A stretch of 64,000 nucleotides of DNA from an uncultured delta proteobacterium (GTDB lineage Bacteria > Myxococcota_A > Polyangia > Polyangiales > Polyangiaceae), in contig CAWKKR010000007.1 in assembly GCA_963850305.1 (NCBI GenBank), positions 512,001 to 576,000 on the forward strand, written 5' to 3'. Made by a program: the position numbers and the translations under genes. Position 1 is the stretch's first letter. Each line of letters starts with the position of its first letter. Below, piece after piece: positions 39,296 through 48,729 of the stretch. The notes under the pieces are model-generated. The model had not been told where the DNA came from, did no database searches, and worked only from the letters and a program-made list of their open reading frames with translations.

Positions 39296-40951
39296 CTACT
39301 CGGGCCCTGCGGCGAGCGGTGGGATCCCGGCAAGAGGCTCCACGCCGATGATGCTCTCGAGCCACGGCGTCGAGAAGCGAATGCGTTCGAGTAGATAGCG
39401 CTTCGGTGTGCGGCGCACCTCGGTTTCCCACGAGCGAAGGCTCGGCGTTCCGGCGTTTCCGACGATGACGAGCGGCATGCCCGTCACCGGATCGCTTTCG
39501 TAGACGAAGAAGGAATGGAAGTGCACATGGGCCGGATCCCAGGGCGTCTTGCCCTTGATGAGTACGGCATCGCCCGGAGCGAAGTCATCGACGTGGTCTG
39601 CCAGATATCCGAAGAACGCGCTTCGATCGCCGAGCTCGATCCGGGGCTGGGCATCCTCGACGTCGAACCACTCTGGGTGGCTCTTCACGAACGCGATGAA
39701 CCCGGGCACGCGGCGCATCTCCATCCGGTCGCCTCCCAGGCTGTCGAAGTCGAGTTTGCCCGCAATGCGGGCCGGTGCCGCACCGCGGGGCTCGTACCAG
39801 GTGCCGGAAGTGCGTTCGAGGACGTCCGTCAGGAAATCGACGCACACCTCGGGCGTGAGCGGACGTCCTTTCGCGTCGAAGACGCGGTAGGGATCCCCGT
39901 TGAAAGCGAACTTGTCGCGGCGGTGCAGATACGCCGCGAGCCACCGGCTGCGGAGCATGCCGTCGAGCTGAAAACCGTACTCGTGCAGGGGTTCGTCGAA
40001 GGGCAGTGCTTCGTCCAGTTCAGCCAGCATGGCGGCCCTCAGAGATTGGACGGCACGCTCGCGGCGTTCGGCCTCGGCACGATACGCGTCACGAGCCGCG
40101 CGAACGTGTGGCGCGAGCACCTCGCATTCGACGTCCACGTGCGCCCCGCGCATCTCGAGGACGGTCGGCACCCACAGCTTGCCGTAACGAAGGTTCGCCG
40201 CGATGTGTCCGCGGGTGACGCGACGGATCTGCATGCGATCGAAGTGGAGCCGATATCGGAGGGCGCGCAGATCCAAGTGCAGCGGGGGCGGGGGAGCGTC
40301 TCCGCCCCCGACGCGGTCGAAGAGCACGAGTCGCACGCGTTGACCGGCGAGCGCGCCGTCCAGATATTCGTACCGGCCATTCCTTCTCTCGGCATGGAGC
40401 ACCCGTTCGCCGCGCTGGATCCAGATGTGGTCGTATCCGAAGAGTTGCTGCGGCTGGACCAGGCTGACGAGTGCATATGCCAGGTTCGGATCTTCCGCGT
40501 ATAGGTAACCATCCCTGAGGAGCACTTCGCGAGCCTGTTCGGGCAGCCCTCTGGATTCGTCGAGCACGCGCTCGACGGTGCCAAACGGGTTTCCCTCGCC
40601 GAGCATCTGCCGGAATCCGCGGATCGCGAGCGTCGCCGGTGCGCGCTCGTATTCAGGGCGTTCCTCGAAGAGTACGGGCTCGGCCTTCGTTCGTGCGAGG
40701 AACATCGCGCGGTTCGCTTGGATGGCCGGTGCGCCAGGGACCTCCGGCGCGGCAAGGACCTCGCGCATGCGCGTTTCGCATGCGCGCCTCGCCGTCTCTT
40801 CGGGGGAGGGCGCGATGTCGTCCGTCTCGGGCCCAATGTAGTCGCGCAGTACCTCTGGGCTCCCCGGGACCGTGTCGTGTTTGCAGCCCGCAGTCGCCAG
40901 AGCAAGCAACCAGAGGATGACGAGACGTGATAGGCGATGCGATCTCTTCAT
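39296..40951 (-). CDS. Hypothetical lipoprotein, possibly with a C-terminal papain/NlpC-P60-like domain
   Basis: Lipobox TAGC; C-terminal EVCVDFL...PGDAVLI...HFHSFFV. Confidence 0.6.
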   Translation of the reverse strand: MKRSHRLSRLVILWLLALATAGCKHDTVPGSPEVLRDYIGPETDDIAPSPEETARRACETRMREVLAAPEVPGAPAIQANRAMFLARTKAEPVLFEERPEYERAPATLAIRGFRQMLGEGNPFGTVERVLDESRGLPEQAREVLLRDGYLYAEDPNLAYALVSLVQPQQLFGYDHIWIQRGERVLHAERRNGRYEYLDGALAGQRVRLVLFDRVGGGDAPPPPLHLDLRALRYRLHFDRMQIRRVTRGHIAANLRYGKLWVPTVLEMRGAHVDVECEVLAPHVRAARDAYRAEAERRERAVQSLRAAMLAELDEALPFDEPLHEYGFQLDGMLRSRWLAAYLHRRDKFAFNGDPYRVFDAKGRPLTPEVCVDFLTDVLERTSGTWYEPRGAAPARIAGKLDFDSLGGDRMEMRRVPGFIAFVKSHPEWFDVEDAQPRIELGDRSAFFGYLADHVDDFAPGDAVLIKGKTPWDPAHVHFHSFFVYESDPVTGMPLVIVGNAGTPSLRSWETEVRRTPKRYLLERIRFSTPWLESIIGVEPLAGIPPLAAGPE

Positions 40952-41205
40952 GGCTCGTCCTCGACGCGCGGACGGAGCTCGAACCTACAGCACAAAGCAT
41001 TGGGCCTCGTCGCTGCCGGCGCAACCGGAGCGCTTCGGATCGCGCCTACACGCGTCCCTTCGTGACGCCACGCGCGCCGAGACCCGACGTGTCAATTTCT
41101 GCGGTGGCGCCGCTGGCGCGCAGCGTCGTCTCGCTGCGTCGCGCTTCTTCGAACGCGTGAACGTTCGTCTTTCGCCGGACCGAGTTGCTGTAAGATCAAA
41201 ATCGA

Positions 41206-42564
41206 ATGGTGGAAGACCGCGTCGAAGAAGCGATCACCGTAGCCGAGCTGGCGCATCGTCTCCGGCGTGCCGTCGAGGGGACGACCGGCAAAGCCTGGGT
41301 CGAAGGTGAGGTCACGTCGTTCAAGGCGGCGGCGAGTGGCCACCTTTACTTCACGCTGAAGGACGAACGCGAAGACGCGTGTGTAGAGTGTGTCATGTAC
41401 AGGACTCAAGCTCTCCGTGCTCGGCGATTTCTGGCCGATGGGTCACGCGTGCAGCTCCTCGGGCGCGCGACGGTGTGGGCGCCCCGTGGCCGTCTGCAGC
41501 TCGTCGCCGAACACGCCCGTCCTGCGGGGCGCGGAGCGCTCCTCGCCGCTCTCGAAGCCCTGAAGGAGAAGCTCGAGGCGGAGGGACTCTTCGATCCAGC
41601 GAAGAAGCGCGCGCTTCCGGCCGAGCCCCGCGTGGTCGGCGTCGTGACGAGCGCGCATGGCGCAGCCATCCACGATATCGTGACCGTTGCATTTCGTCGC
41701 GGAGGCGCGCGTATCGTTCTGAGCCCAGCAAGCGTGCAAGGGGAAGGCGCCGCGTCGAGCATCGTTGCCGCGATCGACCGGCTCGAGCGCTATCCGGGCC
41801 TGGACGTGCTCATCGTCGGACGTGGCGGCGGCTCGAACGAAGATCTTATGGCGTTCAACGACGAGCGCGTCGTCCGTCGCGTTGCTCGGACGGTCGTGCC
41901 GGTCGTGAGTGCTGTGGGACACGAAATCGACGTAACGCTCACGGATTGGGTCGCGGACGTCCGCGCCGCGACACCGTCCCAGGCCGCCGAGCTCGTCATC
42001 CCTGACACCGCGGCTCGTGCGGAAGCTCTCGCGCGTCTCGCGCGTTCGCTCGCGCGGGCCGTTCGCGCCCGGTTTCTCGAAGACCGGCACGCGCTGAACT
42101 CGTTGCGGAACAAGCTCTCCGACCCGCGCTTCGTGATCGCGGAAAAGCAACAATACGTGGACGACCTGTCGCTCCGTCTGGAGCGCCGCATCTCGAAGCA
42201 AGTCGGACGGCGTCGCGCGGCGCTGGATTCGCTCGTGTCGCGCCTTTCTTCACGGCATCCGCGTCTCGTCGTGGCGCGCGCTCGCTCGGAGTTCCACGCC
42301 CACGCTGCTCGACTCGGCGCTTTGGCGGAGCTGCGCGTAGCGCGGGCACGCGGCGCCCTGGGCGAGGTCGCATCGCGGCTGGACGCGCTCTCGCCGCTCA
42401 GCGTTCTGTCGCGTGGGTACTCCATCGCGACGCGCGCGGACGGGCACGCAGTACGCCGAGCGAGCGACGTCGTTGCAGGCGATGCGGTGGCGATCCGCGT
42501 GCACGAGGGCAGCATCGAGGCTGTCGTCCGGAACACGAGAGACGAAGGAGAGCATCCGCCTTGA
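41206..42564 (+). CDS. xseA: Exodeoxyribonuclease VII large subunit
   Basis: WVEGEV, SGHLYFTLKD, EGLFD, VQGEGA, GRGGGS.EDL.AFN, SAVGHEID, TPSQAAE, LSPL.VL.RGY. Confidence 0.95.
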   Translation: MVEDRVEEAITVAELAHRLRRAVEGTTGKAWVEGEVTSFKAAASGHLYFTLKDEREDACVECVMYRTQALRARRFLADGSRVQLLGRATVWAPRGRLQLVAEHARPAGRGALLAALEALKEKLEAEGLFDPAKKRALPAEPRVVGVVTSAHGAAIHDIVTVAFRRGGARIVLSPASVQGEGAASSIVAAIDRLERYPGLDVLIVGRGGGSNEDLMAFNDERVVRRVARTVVPVVSAVGHEIDVTLTDWVADVRAATPSQAAELVIPDTAARAEALARLARSLARAVRARFLEDRHALNSLRNKLSDPRFVIAEKQQYVDDLSLRLERRISKQVGRRRAALDSLVSRLSSRHPRLVVARARSEFHAHAARLGALAELRVARARGALGEVASRLDALSPLSVLSRGYSIATRADGHAVRRASDVVAGDAVAIRVHEGSIEAVVRNTRDEGEHPP

Positions 42565-43472
42565 ACGCGCGCGCGGCGTCGACGAGGTTCGTGCTCATCG
42601 GGCATCCCGTCCGCCATTCGCTGTCGCCCGTCATTCACGCTGCCGCGTACCGAGAGCTTGGCCTCGAAGGGTACAGCTACGATGTCGTGGATTGTCCGGG
42701 CCCCGACGCCGTTGCGCGCCAGTTCGACGCGCTCAGGAGGGGGGAACTGGCTGGCGCGAACGTCACATTGCCCTGGAAACGCCTCGCCCTCGAGCTCGCC
42801 GACGAAGCGGACCCCTCGGCGCGCGAAACCGGCGCCGCGAACGTCATTCGACCGACCGGAGCGAACGGTTCGGGTCGCTTGGTGGCGCACAACACCGACG
42901 TTCCGGCGCTCGCCGAAGAGCTCCGCCGCGGCCGAGCGGATGCGCGGAGCGCCCTGGTGATCGGCAATGGAGGAGCGGCACTCGCAGCCGTGGTCGCGTG
43001 TCGGTCGAACGGCATTTCGCGCGTCGTCGTCGTCGCGCGCAAGTGGCGTGGCACGGACTCGACGAACTGGCCCGGGGTCAGAGAACTCGGTGCGCGCGGG
43101 GCGGAGGCCGTGGCCTGGCCCGAGGAGCCCCGCGCGGACTCAGATTTCTGGCGGGCGGTGAAAACGAGCGACGTGATCGTCCAATCCACGACCGACGGTA
43201 TGAGCGGTGCAACGGACGGCACGAGCGTGCGAGACCTCATACCCTGGAGCGAACTCGGCTCGGGCACCTTCGCGTACGACGTCGTCTACAACCCGGCCCT
43301 CACACCATTCATCGCCGCGGCGCGCTCCGCCGGTCTTCGCGCGGAGAGCGGCCTCGGCATGCTTGTCGGACAGGCGGCGCTTGCAGTGGAGCTCTGGATC
43401 GGACGAAAGCCGGACACGGAGCGACTCCTGAACGCTGCATCGAAGGCGCTCGCCGAGTCGCGCAAGCCATGA
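42561..43472 (+). CDS. aroE: Shikimate dehydrogenase
   Basis: GHPVRHSLSP, GANVTLPWK, GAAN, NTD, GNGGAA, DVVYNP, GLGMLVGQA. Confidence 0.92.
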   Translation: MNARAASTRFVLIGHPVRHSLSPVIHAAAYRELGLEGYSYDVVDCPGPDAVARQFDALRRGELAGANVTLPWKRLALELADEADPSARETGAANVIRPTGANGSGRLVAHNTDVPALAEELRRGRADARSALVIGNGGAALAAVVACRSNGISRVVVVARKWRGTDSTNWPGVRELGARGAEAVAWPEEPRADSDFWRAVKTSDVIVQSTTDGMSGATDGTSVRDLIPWSELGSGTFAYDVVYNPALTPFIAAARSAGLRAESGLGMLVGQAALAVELWIGRKPDTERLLNAASKALAESRKP

Positions 43473-45436
43473 ATGGCCCCTGGCCGAGAGTACAGGTCGG
43501 CGGCCGGCTAGAGAACGCCGAGATGGAGTGGTTGCACACGAACGGCGCCGGCGCGTACGCGATGAGCACCATCGCGATGCGACACACACGCCGGTATCAT
43601 GGCGTCCTCGTCACGGCGCAGAATCCGCCCGTCAATCGACACGTCATCGTGAGCCACGTCGAGGCGGAAGTGGTCGTCGGTGAACGCTCGTATCGGCTCG
43701 CGGCTTTCCAGTCCCCCGGTGCGGCGCCGACGCCCGGTTATCGATTCCTCGAGAGCTTCGAGCAGGACCCGGTCCCTCGCTGGATCTACCGGCTCGGCAA
43801 AGGCCGGCTCGAAGTGAAATTGTCGCTGGTTCGTGGCAGAAACGCGGTGGTCATAGGATACGTGTGGCACGGTGCAGGCCATGCGGCGCTTCACTTGCGA
43901 CCTCTCTTGCCGCTGCGACGCATCCACACACTGACGCGCGAGCACGGAGCGATGATCCAGCGAGTGCGGATGCGGCCAGGTGAAGTCGAGATAAGACCGG
44001 TCGCGACGCTGCCGCGCATCGTGTTCGCGCACGAAGGCGTCTTTCTCGGCTCGCCGGACTGGTACCGGCGTCTCGAGTACCCCGAAGACAAACTGCGCCG
44101 CGTGGGCGGCGAGGAAGATCTCTGGACACCGGGCTCCTTCGAGGCGCGCATCGCGTCCGGCAAGGCGACCCATCTCGTGATCGGGGTAGGGGAGCGGCCG
44201 CACGCGACGCCCGAGGAGCTCGCGAACGATGCGATTTCGCACCTGCGAGCCCAGGATCCGGGACCTGAGCGGCCCCCCATCGTTCGTGAGCTTTCGATCG
44301 CCGCCGACGCGTTCTGCGCGGACCTCGGAGAGCATGCGGCCGTAATTGCCGGTTATCCGTGGCTCACGGCGCTCTCGCGCGATGAGCTCATCGCGCTCCC
44401 GGGGCTATATCTCGTCCGTGGTCGGGTCGACGGCGCGCGGCGAGTGCTCCGGACCCTCGTTGCCACGATGAAAGACGATCTGGTTCCCCGCCGCGCGTGG
44501 AGCGCTGCCGACGGCGTGTTCGTGCCCTCTCCGGACGCCACCCTGTGGCTCTTCGAAGCCGCTCGTCATCTTGCAAACGCGGTCGGCCAGGAGGACGAGT
44601 TCGTCAAAGGTACGCTTTATCCCGCGCTAGTTCGCGTATTTCGGGGCATCGTCTCCGGGACGCAGTCCGTCCTCTCGCTGTCACCCAGCGGCCTCGTGGC
44701 GAGTGGGGACGAGGAGGTGGCGCTCACGTGGATCGATACGAACACCGGAACGCCCGTGGCGACGCCGCGTCGCGGGCTCGCGGTCGAGCTCCAAGCACTG
44801 TGGAGCAAGGGCACCGAGACGCTCGCACGATTCGCTAGGGGCTACGGCGACGCCGATGTCGCGGACCAAGCGACGGCCGCATGCGCTCGGGCTCGCCAGG
44901 CCTTCGCAGATCGCTTCTGGTGCGAGAGCACTCGATACCCATACGACTGCCTGCGGAATGCCGACGACGCCGACGGTCCGATCCTCGACGCTAGCATCCG
45001 TCCGAACGCGCTCGTTGCCCTCGACGTCGATCCGGAGCTCTTCGAACGGTGGCAGGCGTCGGCCATCCTCGAACGCGTGCGCGAGAGGCTCCTGACCGTC
45101 CGTGGCGTGAGGTCGCTCGATCCGGACCAGCCCGGCTATCGCGGCGAGTACGAGGGTACTTTCGCGGAACGGACCCTCGCGTATCATCAGGGACTCGCTT
45201 GGACGCATTTGCTGGGCGCCTACGCGCGCGCCTCGCTCCGGCTTGCACCGGACGACTTCGATCTCGAGGAGAGCCTTCGTGTCCGCGTCGAGGAGGCGAG
45301 TTCCGGAGGCCCGATCCTCGGCCAGGTGACGCAGTTTGCCGACGGCGAGCCGCCGTATCGAGCCGGCGGATGCCCGGCTCAAGCCACGAGCGTCGCCGAG
45401 CTGCTGCGTACCCTAGTGTGGGACCTCGGTCTCTGA
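43469..45436 (+). CDS. Amylo-alpha-1,6-glucosidase / glycogen debranching enzyme family
   Basis: EWLHTNGAGAYA, TRRYHG, IAGYPW, DATLW, LTWID, IRPN, YHQG, GCPAQA.SVAE. True start lies inside ORF 42413..45436. Confidence 0.85.
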   Translation: MNGPWPRVQVGGRLENAEMEWLHTNGAGAYAMSTIAMRHTRRYHGVLVTAQNPPVNRHVIVSHVEAEVVVGERSYRLAAFQSPGAAPTPGYRFLESFEQDPVPRWIYRLGKGRLEVKLSLVRGRNAVVIGYVWHGAGHAALHLRPLLPLRRIHTLTREHGAMIQRVRMRPGEVEIRPVATLPRIVFAHEGVFLGSPDWYRRLEYPEDKLRRVGGEEDLWTPGSFEARIASGKATHLVIGVGERPHATPEELANDAISHLRAQDPGPERPPIVRELSIAADAFCADLGEHAAVIAGYPWLTALSRDELIALPGLYLVRGRVDGARRVLRTLVATMKDDLVPRRAWSAADGVFVPSPDATLWLFEAARHLANAVGQEDEFVKGTLYPALVRVFRGIVSGTQSVLSLSPSGLVASGDEEVALTWIDTNTGTPVATPRRGLAVELQALWSKGTETLARFARGYGDADVADQATAACARARQAFADRFWCESTRYPYDCLRNADDADGPILDASIRPNALVALDVDPELFERWQASAILERVRERLLTVRGVRSLDPDQPGYRGEYEGTFAERTLAYHQGLAWTHLLGAYARASLRLAPDDFDLEESLRVRVEEASSGGPILGQVTQFADGEPPYRAGGCPAQATSVAELLRTLVWDLGL

Positions 45437-45455
45437 AGAGGTAGAGTGACTTCAG

Positions 45456-46469
45456 ATGACGGCGCGCGGAGCCTCCGAGATCGAGCCTGAAACGTCCGGT
45501 GGAGCGCGGACTAGTCGGCCCGGACCGGGGCGAGCTGCGGAGTACGCGCTGCGGATCAGCGGCCTCACGAAGCGAAACTTCCGCCGCATCGTCGTGCTGC
45601 TGGTCGCGCTCATCGTCGTACCGACGTTTCTGCTGCTCGGCCTGGGCGTAGTGCTTCTGTTTCTGGGGGAACTGAACGCCAACTTGCTCATGGGCATATT
45701 GGTGCTTGCGCTGTCGGGCGCGGCGGCGACGGGGGTCATCCTCGTCTGGGTCTTCGTCTCGCGCGAAGCGAACCTGTCCCAGCTCCAGACGGATTTCGTG
45801 TCCAAGGTCTCGCACGAGCTGCGCACGCCACTGACGTCGATTCGCTTGTTCTCGGAGACGCTCGCGCTGCGCCGTGGCGACACCGCCGCCGAGGACAAAT
45901 GCATCCAGGGGCTCACGCGAGAGAGCGCCCGGCTCCAAGCACTCATCGATCGGCTCCTCGACTGGGGCCGGATGGAGAGTGGCCGGCGCGAGTACCACAT
46001 GCTCCAGACCGACGCCTACGTCATCGTGGACGAGGCAGTGGCCGCCTTCGAGCCCGTTCGCGAGCGACGCGGCGCCGACCTGCTGGTGGACGTGCCGACG
46101 GACCTGCCGTCTTTCGTTGCGGATCGTGGCGCGATGAGCGATGCGCTCTTCAACTTGCTGACGAACGCTTACAAATATGGCGGCGACCCGGCGAAGATCC
46201 GTCTATCCGTCGTGGCGAAGGACCGTCATTTGCGTTTCGCCGTGTCCGACAACGGCCAAGGGATCATGCCGCGAGAGCACAAACGCATATTCCAGAAGTT
46301 TTATCGCGTCGATGATCGGCTGTCGCGAGAGCGCGAGGGATCGGGCCTCGGCCTGGCCATCGTGAAGCATGTGATGAAGGCGCACCGCGGGAGCATCGAG
46401 GTAGACAGTCGTATCGGGCAGGGAAGCACGTTCACGCTCGTCGTCCCTCTCGCCCCCTGGGCCGGCTGA
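45456..46469 (+). CDS. Sensor histidine kinase
   Basis: Two TM helices; FVSKVSHELRTPL, NLLTNAYKY, DNGQG, GSGLGL. Confidence 0.92.
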   Translation: MTARGASEIEPETSGGARTSRPGPGRAAEYALRISGLTKRNFRRIVVLLVALIVVPTFLLLGLGVVLLFLGELNANLLMGILVLALSGAAATGVILVWVFVSREANLSQLQTDFVSKVSHELRTPLTSIRLFSETLALRRGDTAAEDKCIQGLTRESARLQALIDRLLDWGRMESGRREYHMLQTDAYVIVDEAVAAFEPVRERRGADLLVDVPTDLPSFVADRGAMSDALFNLLTNAYKYGGDPAKIRLSVVAKDRHLRFAVSDNGQGIMPREHKRIFQKFYRVDDRLSREREGSGLGLAIVKHVMKAHRGSIEVDSRIGQGSTFTLVVPLAPWAG

Positions 46470-46470
46470 C

Positions 46471-47175
46471 ATGGCATCGAACGGAGACGAAAAGAAGATT
46501 CTCATCGTCGAGGACGACGAGAGCATCTCGCTCGGATTGAGAATGAATCTCGAAGCGGAGGGCTTCGTGGTCACGGTGGCCGAGGACGGTGAGGAAGGGC
46601 TCGCGCGCATCCGGAGCGCGGATTCGCTCGATTTGGTCATCCTGGACGTCATGCTGCCGCGCCGGAACGGGCTGGAAGTCCTGAGAGCCCTGCGGGCGGA
46701 AGGGAATGCCGTCCCCATCATCGTGCTCTCCGCCCGGGGTGCGGAGATGGACAAGGTGATGGGGCTCGAACTCGGCGCCGAGGATTACGTGACAAAGCCG
46801 TTTGGCCTCGCGGAGCTCCTGGCTCGTGTACGCGCCGTCCTCCGGCGCGACGCCATCGCGCGGCCACGCAACGACGAAGTCATCCGCACCGAGGACATCG
46901 AAATCAGCAAAGCGACGCGCGAGGTCACCAGGGCGGGCACCGTCGTTCCGCTCACGCCGACGGAATTCGACATCCTGTGGTGTCTGGTGGAAGCGGGGGG
47001 GCGAGTCCGGTCTCGCGAGCAGATCAAGGCGCGGGTCTGGGGAGCGGGGCATCACGGAACGCAGCGAACCATCGACAACTTTCTCGCCCAGCTCCGCGCG
47101 AAGCTCGAACAGGATCCGTCCGAGCCCAGGCATCTTCTGACGGTCCGCGGCGTCGGTTATCGCTTTCAGGTTTGA
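46471..47175 (+). CDS. OmpR/PhoB family response regulator
   Basis: ILIVEDD, ILDVMLP, DYVTKPF, LTPTEF, TVRGVGYRF. Confidence 0.93.
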   Translation: MASNGDEKKILIVEDDESISLGLRMNLEAEGFVVTVAEDGEEGLARIRSADSLDLVILDVMLPRRNGLEVLRALRAEGNAVPIIVLSARGAEMDKVMGLELGAEDYVTKPFGLAELLARVRAVLRRDAIARPRNDEVIRTEDIEISKATREVTRAGTVVPLTPTEFDILWCLVEAGGRVRSREQIKARVWGAGHHGTQRTIDNFLAQLRAKLEQDPSEPRHLLTVRGVGYRFQV

Positions 47176-47212
47176 GAGACCCGTCGCGCTGAGGTAGAGA
47201 AGCGAGCCAGCC

Positions 47213-47680
47213 GTGGACCAGAATCTCCTTCGTTCCTATTTCGCCACCGTGTTCGAGTTCCCGGGAGAAAACGGGACTCAGCGCGTCTCCATCGACGGGG
47301 AGCTCGTTCGAGACGAAAACGCGCTCCCGGCCCTCCTCCGACAGGAGTTCGCCATTCTTACCGCTTACAACCCGCGGTCGATGCTCCTGCCGCGACGCGT
47401 GAACGAGTCGCGGCACGTCGTCATGCGCGACCTGCTGATCCTGGGCTGCTACCGCGTCGAGCAGTGCGTCGGGTACGAGGAGGAGCCGGAGGGCGTATGG
47501 CGCGAGCCATCGTGGCTCGTGCACGGGATCGATCGGGACGAGGCCATCAACTTCGGCCGTACTTTCCGGCAAAATACGATCGTTTATTGTCGGGCTTCGC
47601 GCCCGGAGCTCATCGTCACCGACCCGACGTGCGACGCGGTCGGGAAGACCTACCAGGGCAACTGGCGCGTGCGGAGCTGA
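47213..47680 (+). CDS. DUF3293-like protein
   Basis: FAILTAYNPRS, WREPSW, GRTFRQNTIV. Confidence 0.65.
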   Translation: MDQNLLRSYFATVFEFPGENGTQRVSIDGELVRDENALPALLRQEFAILTAYNPRSMLLPRRVNESRHVVMRDLLILGCYRVEQCVGYEEEPEGVWREPSWLVHGIDRDEAINFGRTFRQNTIVYCRASRPELIVTDPTCDAVGKTYQGNWRVRS

Positions 47681-47718
47681 GACCCGATAGCGGGACCTGT
47701 GCACCGAAGAGCGCGCGA

Positions 47719-48714
47719 TCAACCCGAGCCGAACGCGCGATCCGACACGCGGCGCGCCTCCTGGAGCTCGTCTCGGGTGTCGGCCGTGGCACCGTCGCGG
47801 GACTCCGCGTACACACCTCGATACGGACCGGGCAGGAGGCGTCCGATAGCCACGCCCACGGCGTCCATCGCGAGGCGCTTGTTGCTCGCGCAGGCGCTCG
47901 ACAAAAGATCCGCTGCAATCGGCTTCCCGATACGGAACGAGACCCGTGTCGGGTGAACGCGCTCTTCGCCGACCGGGACGAATCGCTCCGAGCCCGATAC
48001 GGCGATCGGGACGAGCAAGGTGTCGGCGCCCTCGAGGTAGCGGGCAACTGCCGGCAGGGCTCTTTGCATCGATGCGGTCCGGCTTCGCGTACCCTCGACG
48101 AAAATGAGCAAGGCGTCTCCGGCGCGCTGCCGTTCGCGCGCGATTTCGATCGTGGCGAGCGCCCGGCGCGCGACCTCCCGTGCCGACATGACCGCTTCAT
48201 CCGAGGAGCGCGTGCTCGACTGCGGTGTCTTGATCGTCCCGAACGCGAGGCTCGAGAACCGCCTCATCGGCTCCGAATAGACCTTCGGTCCTGCAATGAC
48301 GGTCAGGCGATCCGCGATGCTCGCCCACCCGGCGCGATAGAGGAGGATCTGGAAGAGGTTAGCGTCCGAATACGATAGATGATTCGACAAGAACACTGCG
48401 GACCGGTCTCGAACCGGCGCCAGGTTCGCGCCATCGAGTAACCCTGAGTCAGGTGTCACCGCGAGCTCTGCCACGGCGTAGTGGATGAGCTTGGCGAGCG
48501 GCTCGGGCGGGTAATACGTGAAAGAGGCTCCAGTCGTGAGCAGTCGCTCGATGAGTCGCGCGACCGATTGGCTGCCGTGTTTCTCGCAGAGACCCATGAG
48601 GTTGGCGCGGAGAGTCTCCTGAGCCTCTCTGGACTGCTCGGCTACGAATCCGACAATCCGGTCGATGAGCACGCGCTCGGCCGTAACGGTCGACTCAGTG
48701 GGCGAATCCGACAT
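47719..48714 (-). CDS. Lysophospholipid/glycerol acyltransferase (PlsC family)
   Basis: NHLSYSD (HX4D), FVEGTRS, VPIAV. Confidence 0.85.
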   Translation of the reverse strand: MSDSPTESTVTAERVLIDRIVGFVAEQSREAQETLRANLMGLCEKHGSQSVARLIERLLTTGASFTYYPPEPLAKLIHYAVAELAVTPDSGLLDGANLAPVRDRSAVFLSNHLSYSDANLFQILLYRAGWASIADRLTVIAGPKVYSEPMRRFSSLAFGTIKTPQSSTRSSDEAVMSAREVARRALATIEIARERQRAGDALLIFVEGTRSRTASMQRALPAVARYLEGADTLLVPIAVSGSERFVPVGEERVHPTRVSFRIGKPIAADLLSSACASNKRLAMDAVGVAIGRLLPGPYRGVYAESRDGATADTRDELQEARRVSDRAFGSG

Positions 48715-48729
48715 GCGGGCTTCGAGAAC

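Noticed and set aside
42413..43468. N-terminal extension of the 1007-aa ORF
   Set aside because: It overlaps aroE in another frame; the real gene starts at 43469.
31557..45436. PFKFB, WS/DGAT and debranching enzyme as one carbon-storage cluster
   Set aside because: They are separated by unrelated genes on both strands, with no evidence of co-regulation.
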